Source: Octopus sinensis | Lineage: Eukaryota | Assembly (NCBI RefSeq): GCF_006345805.1 | Contig: NC_042997.1 | Location: 85,746,001-85,810,000, forward strand | Direction: 5' to 3' | Length of the DNA stretch: 64,000 bases | Part shown: piece by piece, positions 11,371 to 25,194 of the stretch | Position numbering within the stretch: the first letter of the stretch is position 1 | Layout: every line of letters starts with the position of its first letter | The notes under the pieces: model-generated | Told to the model about the DNA's origin: nothing | Database searches by the model: none | The model's input: only the letters and a program-made list of their open reading frames with translations | Translations under genes and position numbers: made by a program

Positions 11371-11871
11371 GAATACATACATACATACATGCATGCATGC
11401 ATGCATACATACATACATACATACATACATACATACATACATAAGTACATACATACATACATACATACATACATACATACATACATACATACATACATAC
11501 ATAAGTATGCATACATGATATATATACAATCACACATATCCAGATTGATAAAAGTACAGCTGCATAACTCAATGTTAATTCACCTAATTTACATGTACAG
11601 TGTCATCTTGTTGCAGGTGCATATGAAATACTATTCATTTTGTCAAATTCTGTCTTCTACATTATTTTAGTGTTGACTCTTCTGTATTATTTCGCTTTGT
11701 TTATTTCTTAACATATTCTATTCCATGTAGGTGTGAATGCGTGTGTGTATTAAAAAGGGTAATAGAAGACTATATCAGCAATATTCAATTACTACAGTTG
11801 TTTCAATAAGTTTTATGCAACATTATAATAATAACCATATTTATGTAATTATATAATTGCAATATATTTAT

Positions 11872-12745
11872 ATATTGGATTGGCAACTGAGAGCAAAGTT
11901 AGACATAAGATCAGATGTGGGGTGCAAGAGAGACGACTGCACCGGTATGGTCATGTGTTGTGTATAGACGAAAACAGTTGTGTAAAGAAGTGTCACACCC
12001 TAACTGTGGAGGGAACCTGTGGAAGAGGTAGACCCACGAAGACATGGGATGAGGTGGTGAAGCATAACCTTCGAATGTTGGGCCTCACAGAGGCAATGAC
12101 AAGCGATTGAGACCTTTGGAGATATGCTGTGCCTGAGAAGACCCAGCAAGCCAAGTGAGACCATAGCCATGGCCTATGCCAGTGTCACATAACCGGCCCA
12201 TGTAAGAGTACACTTCAATCATTGAGCAATAAGCTATGCTTGAGAAAACCTGTTGAGTCAAGTGAAATCATTGTCGTGACTGATGCCTGTACTGCCTGGT
12301 TGGCACTTGTACTGGTGGCATGTAAAAAGCACCATTCAAGCAAGGTTGATGCCAGTCCGGCAGGACTGGTTCCTATGTTGGTGGCATGTAAAATGCACCC
12401 TACGAACAGATCGATGCCAGTGCCACCTGACTGGTCCCATGTCACTGGCACATAAAAAGTACCATTCAAGCGTGGTCGTTACCAGAGTAACCTGACTGGC
12501 TCCCATGCTGGGGGCATGTAAAAAGCACCATTCAAGCGTGGTGAAGCCAGTACCACCTTGTGCCAGTGGCACATAAAAAACACCCACTACACTCTCAGAG
12601 TTGTTGGCATTAAGAAGGGAATCCAGCTGTAGAAACCATGCCAGATCAGATTAGAGTCTGGTGCAGCCTTCTGGCTTACCAGTCCTCAGTCAAATCGTCC
12701 AACCTTTGCCAGCATGGAAAGCAGACGTTAAATGATATTGATGAT
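11872..12745 (+). mobile_element. RTE-clade LINE 3' fragment (ORF C-terminus and 3' UTR with ~60-bp tandem repeats)
   Basis: RRLHRYGHVLCIDENSCVKKC...GRGRPTKTWDEVVKHNLRMLGL...DLWRYAV; five ggcatgtaaaaagcacc-like units; (GAT)n tail. Confidence 0.85.
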
Positions 12746-13283
12746 GTGTTAAATGAACAATAAATACAGCTAACTTCATGCCTTAATGTGCTACTGGCAG
12801 CATGTAACCCAGTACAAGATGTCACAAGGTCAAGCTGTCAGTAACTAAACCAGCAAACTACCAAACTTGGTTGGTAAGGAGAGTGGTTTCCTCTAAACAC
12901 TTTGCAGAATGGGAAGCAAAACCTGTCAAAGGACAGATGAACTCAATAGAGTCAACAGCTGTCCAACAACTAGGTGTGAGAGATTGACAGTCTATGTCTA
13001 GACATCTCTCTAGGAGGAGGAAATTTGGAAGAAACACCCACTTCATTGTGAAGCCAGAGGTCTTGCTCTTGTTTGTTTCTAGACTACATGGATTTGTAGA
13101 TGAGAGTCTTAGGGGTGTTTTTTCAAGCTATTATTTCAGCAAAGGCATTGCTGACAGTCATTGTCTTTAACATTTAGTATAACATAATTTGTTAGTGATG
13201 GTCATATGTGTCTAGGACTTGACAGGTACTATGTATGTGTGTATATATGCAGTTTTGAATACAGTGGAAGATAGAAAATAATT

Positions 13284-14105
<822 letters not shown>

Positions 14106-15093
14106 AGACTATTTCAGAGTTAAATTATCTATCTAGATATTAAATCATATTTGCTTGCAGTACTCTTCTAGCAGCTGCAGATAAATATAATTTGTACAAA
14201 ATATATTGAGAGTATATACTAGAAAACTGTCTTTATTCAAATTTCTCATTTAAAAGTTATCTTGTTAGAAAGTTAGTATGACATTATAAATACCTGGGAG
14301 TTAGATAATTATTTATTCATTGTTTCACTTTTAAATATATTTATACTTCTAAACTATTTTAGTATTATGATCTATAAATTAGACTTAATTTTTATGATAC
14401 TTGATATATGTTTAAACATCTAAAAAGTTACAATCCAAATTATGAGGCGTAAACCTGAAGATTTTTTTTTAAACATAAATAAATTTAAATGTGAAACAAT
14501 AAATAATTGTTCTATCATCTATGGTATTTGGAACCATGAATAATTTTTTTAAAGTTATGAGTTTTAAAAATGGAATTTTAATAAAGGTAGTTTTAAATAC
14601 ATGCAGTTTATCTATCTCTATATGTGCATACATATGTGTGTGTATGTATACACACACACATACATATAAACACACATATATATATATACACACATACACA
14701 CACACACACACAACACACACACACATAGCATCATCATCATCCAGTGTTTTAAATCTCTGTTAACAAGGGTGGCTGGATCTACCTCAATGCCATAGCAAGC
14801 AAGGTAGGCAGGTGCAGCCCACCCCAACGTTTGTGCTGGCTTGTGCCCACTCTCTTTTGCGATCATGAAGCTTTTTTGGAGCTGGATTTTCTGCAGAGAG
14901 CATGCCCTTGCTTACCCCCAACCTCAGTTTCTTGACATGAGTGGTCCCAAGACCAAGGCCTCTACTATGATTTTTAAGAAATGCGGTGGAAAACTAGCTC
15001 AGGAAGGCAGGGACACTACTACCTGAGACCCCTTTCAGAGCCCCCCTACATATACACACACACACACACGCACACATATATATATATATATAT

Positions 15094-15422
15094 GGTTCAG
15101 TGGTTAGAGTGTCAGGCTCGCAATTATGAGGTAGTGAGTTTGACTCCTAGACCGGACTGTGTTTTATGTGGTCTTGAGCAAGACACTTTATTTTATGTTG
15201 CTCCAGTTCACTCAGCTGTAGAAATGAGTTGCAATATCACTGGTTCCAAGCTGTATCAGCCTTTGCCTTTCTCTTGGATAACATCGGTGGTGTGGAAAGG
15301 GGAGGGTGGTATGTATGGGTGACTACTGGTTTTCCATAAACAACCTTGCCCAGACTTGTACCTTGGAGAGTAGATTTCTAGGTCCAATTCCATGGTCATT
15401 CATGACCACAGGAGGTTTTTAT
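15094..15422 (+). mobile_element. SINE family D, CpG-decayed
   Basis: Aligns end to end with 32251-32590 and 60636-60965. Confidence 0.85.
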
Positions 15423-15448
15423 CCATCATACACACACACACACACACA

Positions 15449-15521
<73 letters not shown>

Positions 15522-16269
15522 ATGCATAGACATGGCTGTGTGGTTAAGTATTTCATACTCCAGCTTGGGTTTAGTCCTACTAAATGACACCTTGGGCAAT
15601 TTTCTGATACTAAAGTCTCAGGTTTAATAATTGGTGCTGACAGACAGAAATTGAAAGAGGTTTGTGGTGCATGTGTGTTTGTATATGTGAGAATAAGCCA
15701 ATGTCTTAACTGATAAAAAAAAGTTTGATTTTCTCCATGTTCTATTTGTTTAACTCGTTCTCTGTGCTTAATTCTTCATTCATGTTTGCGTAGTGCACAT
15801 GTGTGTGTGAGTGTGTGCATGTGTGTTGTGTGTGTGTGTGTGTTGTACATGTGTGTGTGTGTATGCTGTGCACGTGTGTGTGTGTGAATATATCATCATA
15901 TTAGAAATATCTGCAACTCAATTGCTTACATAAAAGCCAGTGAAGCAGAGAAACTCGTACATTAAAGAAACTATATTCTTTTACTGGTTATAATCAACCA
16001 GTCTTATAATCAATTATATCATCAACAACATTTTGTTTGGTACCTGGAAAGACAAAGAAACAAAGTCAATCTATGAGTTTTTCAACTCAGAAAATAGCAG
16101 GTCGTAACCAAATACCACAAAGCATTTCCTCCATGTTCTACAAATTCTATCAACCAGCTACCATATTATAAGCTTATTTTTAAACTCCAAATCAACAGAT
16201 ATGAAAAGATTCTAATCTGTGTAAAGTTTATGGACTGATATGAGTATCAAGCTCTGTCTAACTATCTTA

Positions 16270-16721
16270 TTTCTTTATTGCCCACAAGGGGCTAAACATA
16301 GAGGAGACAAACAAGGACAGACAAAGGGATTAAGTTGATTAGATCGACCCCAGTGCGTAACTGGTACTTAATTTATCGACCCCAGAAGGATGAAAGCAAA
16401 GTTGACCTCGGCAGTATTTGAACTCAGAACGTAACAGAAGATGAAATACTGCTAAGCGTTTCGCCCAGCATGCTAACATTTCTTATTTCTTTACTGCCCA
16501 CAAGGGGCTACACACAGGGGGGACAAACAAGGTCAGACAAACAGATTAAGTCGATTACATCGACCCCAGTGCATAAGTGGTACTTATTTAATCGACTTCG
16601 AAAGGATGAAAGGCAAAGTTGACCTCGGAGGAATTTCAACTTAGAACATAACAGCAGACGAAATACCACTAAGCATTTCGCCCAGTGTGCTAACGTTTCT
16701 GCCAGCTCGCAGCCTTTATTA
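16270..16721 (-). mobile_element. tandem dimer of a SINE B subfamily
   Basis: Two ~215-bp head-to-tail copies flanked by the 15-bp direct repeat tgtctaactatctta (16255-16269 and 16722-16736). Confidence 0.85.
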
Positions 16722-17099
16722 TGTCTAACTATCTTAGCACACAACACTACATTTCTGCAGTTTGCACATTTACATTAATTTAGTCATATAATAGTGATAG
16801 ATTAGCAGATTCCTAAGAAATAAATTGTGGTATTTAGTTATGGCTCTTTACATTCTGAGTTCAAATCTTGCTTAAGTTGACATTGCCCTTTCATCATTCT
16901 GGATTCGTTAAAGTTAAGTAACAGTCATGTTCCAAGTGTTGATATATTCAGCTCTTGCCTTCCCTTTCCCCCACTGAATTTCTGGCCTCTTACATATGTA
17001 AGAAATCAATAATTCATGTCAATGTGTCTTTTTTCCTTTCGTGATAAAGAAATATTGCAGAGGCTAGAATTCTATATTTTTTTTTTTTCGTTTTGTTTT

Positions 17100-17270
17100 G
17101 GATTTAAGGTTCTTGATAAGAATATCAGAAACTTGCATATCAAAGAAGCTACACTGATCAAAGGCACAAGTACAGTACTAAACCATAAATCAATAAGTAT
17201 GAAGAACTTCAAGATTGTCTCAATATTTATCGACTGATTTGAATGATAAATTTCATACTACGTCTCATTA
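17100..17270 (+). mobile_element. probable Penelope GIY-YIG C-terminal remnant
   Basis: VLDKNIRNLHIKEATLIKGTSTVLN resembles the ILD...IKEA..I.....LN C-terminal PLE endonuclease motif. Confidence 0.4.
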
Positions 17271-18369
17271 TGCTATACTTTTCTTTACATATCATAGCAG
17301 TTTGTTGGTATGTTACGCCACATTCAATATGTTTTATTTCAAAATTAGAGCTCATTAAAGCCAGAACAGTGAATCAATTCATTCTTTGGTTCCTACAATA
17401 TAATAACACCTTTCATCACTCTGTTTTGTTTTGCTTTTTCCTGTTCTTTGATTTGGTTTATATTTAAATAAGAATATTTTAGCAAAAAGCTACAAAATCT
17501 TTATAGAATAAATTTAGTACAGATTATTACAAAGAATGGGTTCCTTCTATATCAAATGTTTCACTTCATAAATATCTAATTAATATAGCACAAATTATGT
17601 CATGTTGAAGATTTCTAAAAAAAATGAAATAGTGCTATACATAATTACTGCTGATTAGAAAATTTTAAAATTTTGTAAGTAACAACTAAAAAAATTAATA
17701 TGTACTTTCTATGCATTTCTTCCCTTATTCTTTAACTTCAAATTCAAGCTTCTAATCCCACAAAATACTGAGGAAATAGTTATCTCCTTTGTATAAACTC
17801 TCTGCTAGAGAACACCAGATGATATTGCATCAAAATACACAGCAAAAAACTATAAAAATGTACAATAATTACTTCTGTATTAATGCAAGGAATTTAATAC
17901 AATAGGTATCAAAATTAGTGTATAGCATCATACTTGAGTTTCCAAAAAATTTAATAGGATAAAATACCTCACTGATTTTTAGGTGTAAAAAGTTGGGGTT
18001 ATATTATATATGATATTGTATTATACTCAGAGAAATATGGTTTCAGTGGAATTATGTCATAAAAGAACTTCATGGAAAGAAAAATTGCATATCAAATGAT
18101 GCAAAGAAAGCAGAGAGGCAGAGGTGAAGTAAATTTATTATGATGATAATGCTAATGAGTAGCACGATGAGAAGGGGAACAATAAAGATGTTGCTAACTA
18201 TAGTTATGAAGATGATGGTGATAAAGAGAGCCCATAAAAATACATACTCTCTCAAGCTGCAACATAGCAAGTACATGCACACACACACACAACACACACA
18301 CACATATATATACAAAAGTAAACTCTATCCTAAACAAAGACAAAATGCAGCTCCCTAAGAAAATTATAA

Positions 18370-19760
18370 AACTACTTACACCTTACTACATCCATATCAA
18401 ATCTCTTTGACTGATAAAGAACAAATTTCAAGCATAAAATTTCAAATATAAAACAAGCATCTAAAAAACGTAAGAATAAACTAGTCAATGAAAAATGTAA
18501 AGGAGCAGAAACTATTTGTGTTGATATCCTACCACCAGATCTAAAACTGAAACCCATTGCAGCAAGACCACCATACAAAGCACATTGCCTAAGTAATTTC
18601 CTAGACATTCTGCTAAAACCCCACTTCAAACATATAAAGAGCTTCATATGAGATGATATGGACACTAAATGAAAACAGCTATTTTGTAACATTTGATGTT
18701 GTGAACTCTATAGCAACATTCCTCACAGTTACAGAATTGATGCTATAGAATATAGGCTAGACTCATTTCCATATGAAATACCAGAACATATAGATAGAAA
18801 ATTTATTGTTGATGGCCTCCAGTTAGTAAACAACTTCCTTGTATTCAATAACACAGTCTATTGACAAATGTCTGCAATGGCCATGGGAACAAAAGTTGCC
18901 ACCACATATTCCAACTTGGCCATGGAATATACATGGCCATACAGTAAAAATCTATGACAAATTTTTTCAAACTTTTGGAGAAGAATTCAGCTGTTTTTTG
19001 AAAGGAAAATAGATGAGGTTTCTTGGTGGTTGTTTCATTTTATGGAGGGAAAATGTTGTCAAACTGAAACCATGCTAAAATCTTATAAACAATAAAAATC
19101 ACCATGGAATTTAGCAGGTAAACTCCTCATTTTAGACATTCTAATAACAAGAACATATCACCACTGGAAACCAACCTTTACTAAACCCAACAACTCACAA
19201 CTACACCTCCTCTTCACAGCATGTCACCCAAAGCACACATGAAACAACAACCTATTCAATCTAGCCAAACCAATTTACACAATTGTATCAAACCCTGAAG
19301 CAAGAGACAGAAGATTAAATAAAATGAAGGAAATACTTATAATTAGAATATAGCTCCATAAAACTGATTGAATTTGCTATTCAGAAAGCCAAACATTCAA
19401 GAAACTCAAACAACAAAACCCAAGAGAAAAATACCATCCCATATATTTTAACTTTTTACTCAAGAAATACTAAATTTGTCACCAATATCACTACAGGAAC
19501 AAAATATGAAAAAAAAGTCTAGGAAAGCATCAAATTATAAAAAACAAGAGGCAAATAAAATCACTAAAAGGAATATTGACCAATGCCAAGCTGCATATTC
19601 AAATGGCTGACCCTAAAGTAAATGTAACTAACCAAACTATACATTATATAGCTAACTATTGTTAGGTCCCAATTTCAAAGTGGACCCTACCATTAAAATT
19701 TGAAACATCCTCTCTGGCAAATCAGACAACCTAATCTACATTATAACATGTAATAGTTTC
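18370..19760 (+). mobile_element. Penelope-like element RT plus start of GIY-YIG (degenerate)
   Basis: PIAARPPYKAHCLSNFLDILLKP, VTFDVVN, AMGTKVATTYSNLAME, MRFLGGCFILW (decayed YxDD region), and NLIYIITC at ~19728-19751. Confidence 0.85.
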
Positions 19761-20144
19761 TTTGGAAGAATTCTGGTTTAAGCACCCTCACTCATAACCA
19801 TTGTATGTTTTGGAATTTTCACAAAAGTTTTGAAATTTGCATTCTACATTTGGGAATTCATACAATTATGAAAGAAAAAAACTTTTTTATATTTTTTAAC
19901 CCCCACCACCACATAAATCCTAAAATTTCCACTCTGCTTTTAATTAATTTTTTAAATAAGAGTTTAAAATATGGACAGTCCAAATTTTTTACCCAGCAAT
20001 GGACTACTCTTGGGTGCATCAGCATTCTATCAAATGTTTTTATGGGGAGAAAAATATTGAAAAGCATCAATACATGCCAGATTGTCAAAAAAAATGAGGA
20101 AGGTATCATGTGCTCACGAAATGTGCTAAAAACAGCTAAATCAC

Positions 20145-20554
20145 CCTTAAATCACACAAAAAGCATTTTACTTTTTTTGCATAATTATATGAATTTCTGT
20201 GTGTAAAACACAAATTTGCAAAACAATGAAAATTTTCTGAAAATTCCAAAAACTAAAAGAAGTTATGAGAAGTTATATCAGGTATTTCAACCAGAATTCC
20301 AATGTTTCTTTTACTTGTGTTAGTTCTTATTTGAAGTTTCTGTTCTTCTAGCTGGGTACCTACCTTACAAAGTGGCTAACAAAATCCACATCTTTCATGG
20401 ATGCTTCATTTTTTTCTTTTTTGGCACAGTTTCTATGGCTAACACCATCCACATTATTTTTGGGAATTTCCAGAAAATATTTGTGAATTAGTGTTCTACA
20501 CACGGAAATTCATAAGATTATGCAAAAAAACTGTTTTTTGTGTGTGATTTAAGG
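20145..20554. mobile_element. MITE with ~100-bp inverted termini
   Basis: ccttaaatcacac...tgcataat...gaatttc.gtgtgta...aaattccaaaaa (20145-20255) is the reverse complement of 20456-20554. Confidence 0.7.
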
Positions 20555-20865
20555 CCCAACTAGCTGTGGTTGGCTAACACCATTTTACCCAAAACCAGAA
20601 ACTTTTCAGCACCCCCTCGTGTGTGTGTGTGTGTGTATGTGTGTGTGTGTGTGTGTGTGCATGCACACGCGTGTGTGTCTGCAAGGAGATTTGGTGGATG
20701 GAAACTGCCTCCCATGGTGAATTACTTTGCCTGTTGCAAATGAGAGTTTGTGACAGGGAAAGCAATCATTCAGCCCTTAGAAAATTTGCTTGAACAGATT
20801 CCACCTGACTCAGGAAAGAATAGAAAAGTGAGTGTTAAACAATGATGATGATGATTGTGATGATC

Positions 20866-21750
20866 TACATGGTCTGATCGATAAGTATCCGAACTATTGC
20901 CATAATAACAAAGCTAAAACATGCAGAGTGAAGCCGCTTAGCAAAGATTGATCTTGAACTCTGCTGTGCATGTGCACTAAGTTTTAACATTTTAACTCAA
21001 TTCCACAGTTTACAGTAGTGTTTAGAAGGAACGTGTGTAGCATGTGTTCATCGCATTGACCATGACAGAGAAAGTTGAGCAGAGAATATGCATCAAATTT
21101 TGCCAAAAGCTTGGCGATACCTGCTCAGAGACCTATGCAAAGTTTTTTAGCCATTTCGATGCAATCAAAGAGATCTTGTGCAAGTGAAACCCAAGTATCT
21201 TTTTGATCAGCTGAAAGCAGTTTTGGCACAAATTTGGCAGACAAGCATCTCATACCCAAATCTTCAGTGATAATGAATTGAACTGAACCATAACTAATCT
21301 GCACATCCTCTGATAACTCACAGATGGTGATTCGATGATTTCTCCTTACAGTTGCATGCATATCTGCAATGTTTTTCTCAGTTCTGTTGGTTGTGGGTTT
21401 CCCAGAACGTTCATCAATATCAATACTTTTTCAGCCATTTTAAAAACGTCTGAACCACTCGTACACATGTGTGCAGCTCATACACTCCTCTCTATACACT
21501 TTCTGCAAATTTGTGTAGGCTTCTGAGCAGGTAGCACCATGATAACTTTCTCTATTATGGTCTATATGACAATCACACACTACACATTTTCTAAGCACTG
21601 CTGTAAACAGCAGAAGTGAGCTAAAACATTAAAACTTAGTGTGCATGCAGAGCAGATCTCAAGGTCAATCTTTGCTCAGTGGCTTTACTCTGCATACTTT
21701 AGTTTTGTTACTATGGCAACAGTCCGAATACTTATTGATCAGACCTCATA
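20866..21750. mobile_element. mariner-derived fold-back element made of two inverted 5' halves
   Basis: TA-bounded TIRs tacatggtctgatcgataagtatccga / tccgaatacttattgatcagacctcata. Plus strand gives MTEKVEQRICIKFCQKLGDTCSETYAK; minus strand gives VYEWFRRF...ISYGSVQFIITEDLGMRCLSAKFVPKLL. No DDD domain. Confidence 0.85.
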
Positions 21751-21830
21751 TGGGGTAGTGGAGTGAAGTGAATATATGTACTGATTCTCAAAAGATTTTT
21801 CTTATTATGTTCTAATATGAATATCTTTAG

Positions 21831-21907
21831 ATATGCAGTTGAGGTGAGGCCTGTTGTCAATGTTATGTATAACATTATTGTAGATTGGGAAGAGGATATC
21901 TGTCAAA
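21831..21907 (+). CDS. candidate internal exon (77 nt; alternative 13-nt microexon ending 21843)
   Basis: Branch-like ttctaat and acceptor atctttag|; open frame xYAVEVRPVVNVMYNIIVDWEEDICQ; donor caaa|gtaaaa, with a stronger internal donor gag|gtgagg. Confidence 0.35.
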
Positions 21908-22065
21908 GTAAAATCTAAGAAGGATAACTGTGATAATGGTTGTAGAGATGCTGTGGCAAGAAGGACCTCATTTATAATGTCATTTTCAATAGAGCCATTG
22001 ATCAACCTGGAGTACAGATGTCTCTGTGTGTTTGCTTGCGTATATCAATATATGTAAGTATATGT

Positions 22066-22163
<98 letters not shown>

Positions 22164-22295
22164 GTGTGAAAGTTAAGAGATAGAAAGGTGAAAGAAGGGG
22201 AAAAAAGCCTGAAAGAGTGAAAGTAAGAAATAAAGAAAGAATAAAATGAATTAGAAATATCATGAGAAGAAAGAAATATACATATGTGTGTGATA

Positions 22296-22328
<33 letters not shown>

Positions 22329-22483
22329 ATTATATATATATATTGTGTGTGTGTGTGCGTGCATGTGTATATATATATATTATATAATATATAATATACA
22401 TATGTATACATGTATATAATATATATATAATATTATAATATATATATAATATATATATATAATATGCATATATTATATATAGT

Positions 22484-22880
22484 GGCTGTGTGGTAAGTAG
22501 CTTGCTACCCAACTACATGGTTCCGGGTTCAGTCCCACTGCGTGGCATCTTGAGCAAGCGTCTTCTACTATAGCCCCGGGCCGACCAATGCCTTGTGAGT
22601 GGATTTGGTAGACGGAAACTGAAAGAAACCTGTCGTATATATGTATATATGTATATATATGTGTGTGTATTTGTGTGTCTGTGTTTGTCCCCTTAGCATT
22701 GCTTGACAACTGAAGCTGGTGTGTTTACGTCCCCATCGCTTAGCGGTTCGGCAAAAGAGACCGATAGAATAAGTACTGGACTTACAAAGAATAAGTCCCG
22801 GGGTCGATTTGATCAACTAAAGGCGGTGCTCCAGCATGGCCACAGTCAAATGACTGAAACAAGTAAAAGAGTAAAAAAGA
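22484..22880 (+). mobile_element. SINE family A, full length
   Basis: Same head and tail as 3682-4121. Confidence 0.9.
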
Positions 22881-22920
22881 GTATATGATATATATATATA
22901 TATATATGATATACATATAT

Positions 22921-22958
<38 letters not shown>

Positions 22959-23299
22959 TAATGCACCTACACCTATGTATGAGCTATTACATACATGTAT
23001 ATGCTAATCCACATGCAACAAAGAAGACAGGAAATAAAGAGAGATGAGAATAAATAGGTAAAAGTCAGACAAATTAATGCAGGTAGTGTTGTAGTCATGT
23101 TCAACAACCGTTGGCATGGCAAACAATCCCACAACAAATAAGCAAAAGTAACATAAAATGAAACAAATGAAGATGATGATAATGATGATGATTATGGTGA
23201 GGATGACGATGATAATCCTTTCTACTATATATAGGTGATAATGACAATGTTTTTTTCACAATGATGAAGACTTTTTTATTACATTAATAACATTGTAGC

Positions 23300-23301
23300 T
23301 G

Positions 23302-23351
<50 letters not shown>

Positions 23352-23499
23352 ATGATGATGGTGAAGATGGTAGTAGTGGCGGAGGTGGTGGTGGTGGTGG
23401 TGGTGGTGGTGGTGGTGGTGGTGGTGGTGGTGGTGGTGGTTATGGTGATGATGATGATGATGGTAGTAGTGGCGGAGGTGGTGGTGGCGGTGGTGGTGG

Positions 23500-23542
<43 letters not shown>

Positions 23543-23740
23543 ACAGGTAATAGTGGTGATAATGGTGGTGGTTGTGGAGCTGGTGATAATGGTAATGATG
23601 ATGACGTTTGTCATTGTTGATGGTAGTGGTGGTGATGATGATGATGGTGATGGTGGTGGTGGTGATGGTGGTTGTGGTGGTGTGATGATGATAATGATTG
23701 TCGATGATGATGATGACAGTTATCAATGCTACTGGTAGTG
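23300..23740. repeat. compound trinucleotide microsatellite (GCT/GAT/GGT)
   Basis: Direct inspection; the unit gatggtagtagtggcggaggtggtgg is duplicated. Confidence 0.95.
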
Positions 23741-24055
23741 AGTTACAGAGCATACACAAAAAATGGCTCAGAATTTCTGACTAGTAACTAAAAGAAGAAG
23801 AAAAAATGTCAAGGAGAGAAATGCAGTTGCAACGAAGAATTACATAATTTTTGGTTTCATAATGATCAGAATGGTTTAGATGAAATAAATAAATAAATGA
23901 ATATAATGCTAGACTACATTTTAACTTCCACTCATCATCTTGGCAAAATTCTTGGCATACATCTTCCACGTCTAATATTATTTCATAGTTGTGTGATGGA
24001 TAATTGAATCCAACTCTGAATTTTGTGTCATGATTATCTGTGGCACATATTTTTG

Positions 24056-24395
24056 TGGCTGTGTGGTAAGAGGCTTGCTTCCCAACCACATGGTTCCAGG
24101 TTAAGTCCCACTGCATGGCACCTTGGGCAAGTGTCTTCTACTGTAGTCTTGGGCCGACCAAAGCCTGGTGAGTGGATTTGGTAGATGGAAACTGAAGTCT
24201 CTCACCACCTCTTGTCAACTGGTGCTAGAGTGTTTATGCCCCTGTAACTTAGCAGTTCAGTAAATGAAACCAATAGAATAAGTACCAGACTTTAAAAAAA
24301 ATAAATACAATTTTGATACATTCAGCTAAAAATTCTTCTAGGTGGTGCTCCAGCATAGCCACAGTCTAATGACTGAAACAAGTAAAATATAGAAG
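24056..24395 (+). mobile_element. SINE family A
   Basis: Head and tail motifs as above. Confidence 0.85.
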
Positions 24396-24859
24396 ATAAA
24401 TGGTAAGTCAACAAATAGAAATTATCAAAGAGCTTACAAAAATTTATATTAATCCAAGTAAAACTCTGCATTGGTGTGTAGCCACTGGTGGTGAGTGCGG
24501 TGGCATCACCACCAGTGGCAGGAGGAGGAGGGGAAGAAGAGAGGAGGAGGATGGGAGGGAGGAGGAGGAGGAGGAGGAGGAAGCCTCTCACCTAAAGGGC
24601 AGTAGTTTTAATGTCCACTTTTCAACACTGGCATGGATTGGACAGGTCTTCAAATGCCATGTCTTACAGTAGAGTATCTTTCTTTTGATCAACCCTCTTA
24701 GTTGAATAACTTGCATGGATGGAGTAAATCTGTTAAAGAATACATACAATAAGTAAACAACAACAGAAAGCAAGTGAAAAATGTATGTTACAATTATGTA
24801 TATTACACAATAGGGTACATAGCTAGGAGATCAGGGTAGTTTTTCCAGGTTGAGCTACT

Positions 24860-25130
24860 ACTTCACTGCATTGAGGGGTCACAGCCCTGATACTATGGAC
24901 ATGTGATTAGAAAGCTGCAGGAAAGACTTGCTAGACAGATTCTTCCAGTTAAGCCAACTAACAGGAGACTTCGGAGTAGACCAAGAATGAAATGGTTGGG
25001 TAATATCCATAGCCTCAGTTGGTCATGCCATTTGGGAATCTAGCAGGAAGATGTAACGGCATTTGAATCAGATAGAACCATATGGAGGAGTTACCTGAGG
25101 ACTGGACTCTATCCTCCCATTTAGAAATAA
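24860..25130 (+). mobile_element. RTE-clade (Expander/Rex3-like) LINE C-terminal fragment
   Basis: LHCIEGSQP*YYGHVIRKLQERLARQILPVKP...SRPRMKWLGNI...DRTIWR. Confidence 0.65.
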
Positions 25131-25194
25131 TGTAGGGATAATATGAAAGGATAGATGGATGTATGGATGGATGGATGGATGGATTAAGATCCAT

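Noticed and set aside
12300-12600. Five ~20-28-bp repeats (ggcatgtaaaaagcaccattcaagc) spaced ~60 bp apart, superficially CRISPR-like
   Set aside because: The repeats are degenerate, the spacers are related to each other, the array lies in an RTE LINE 3' UTR of a eukaryote, and there are no cas genes.
14160-14210. TLLAAADKYNL, a BTB/BACK-like motif after a ttgcag acceptor
   Set aside because: The frame stops within five more codons, there is no credible donor, and no other BTB sequence is nearby.
23256-23759. Poly-His/Gln/Thr/Val ORFs of 111-167 aa
   Set aside because: Translations of a compound trinucleotide microsatellite with no splice or homology support.
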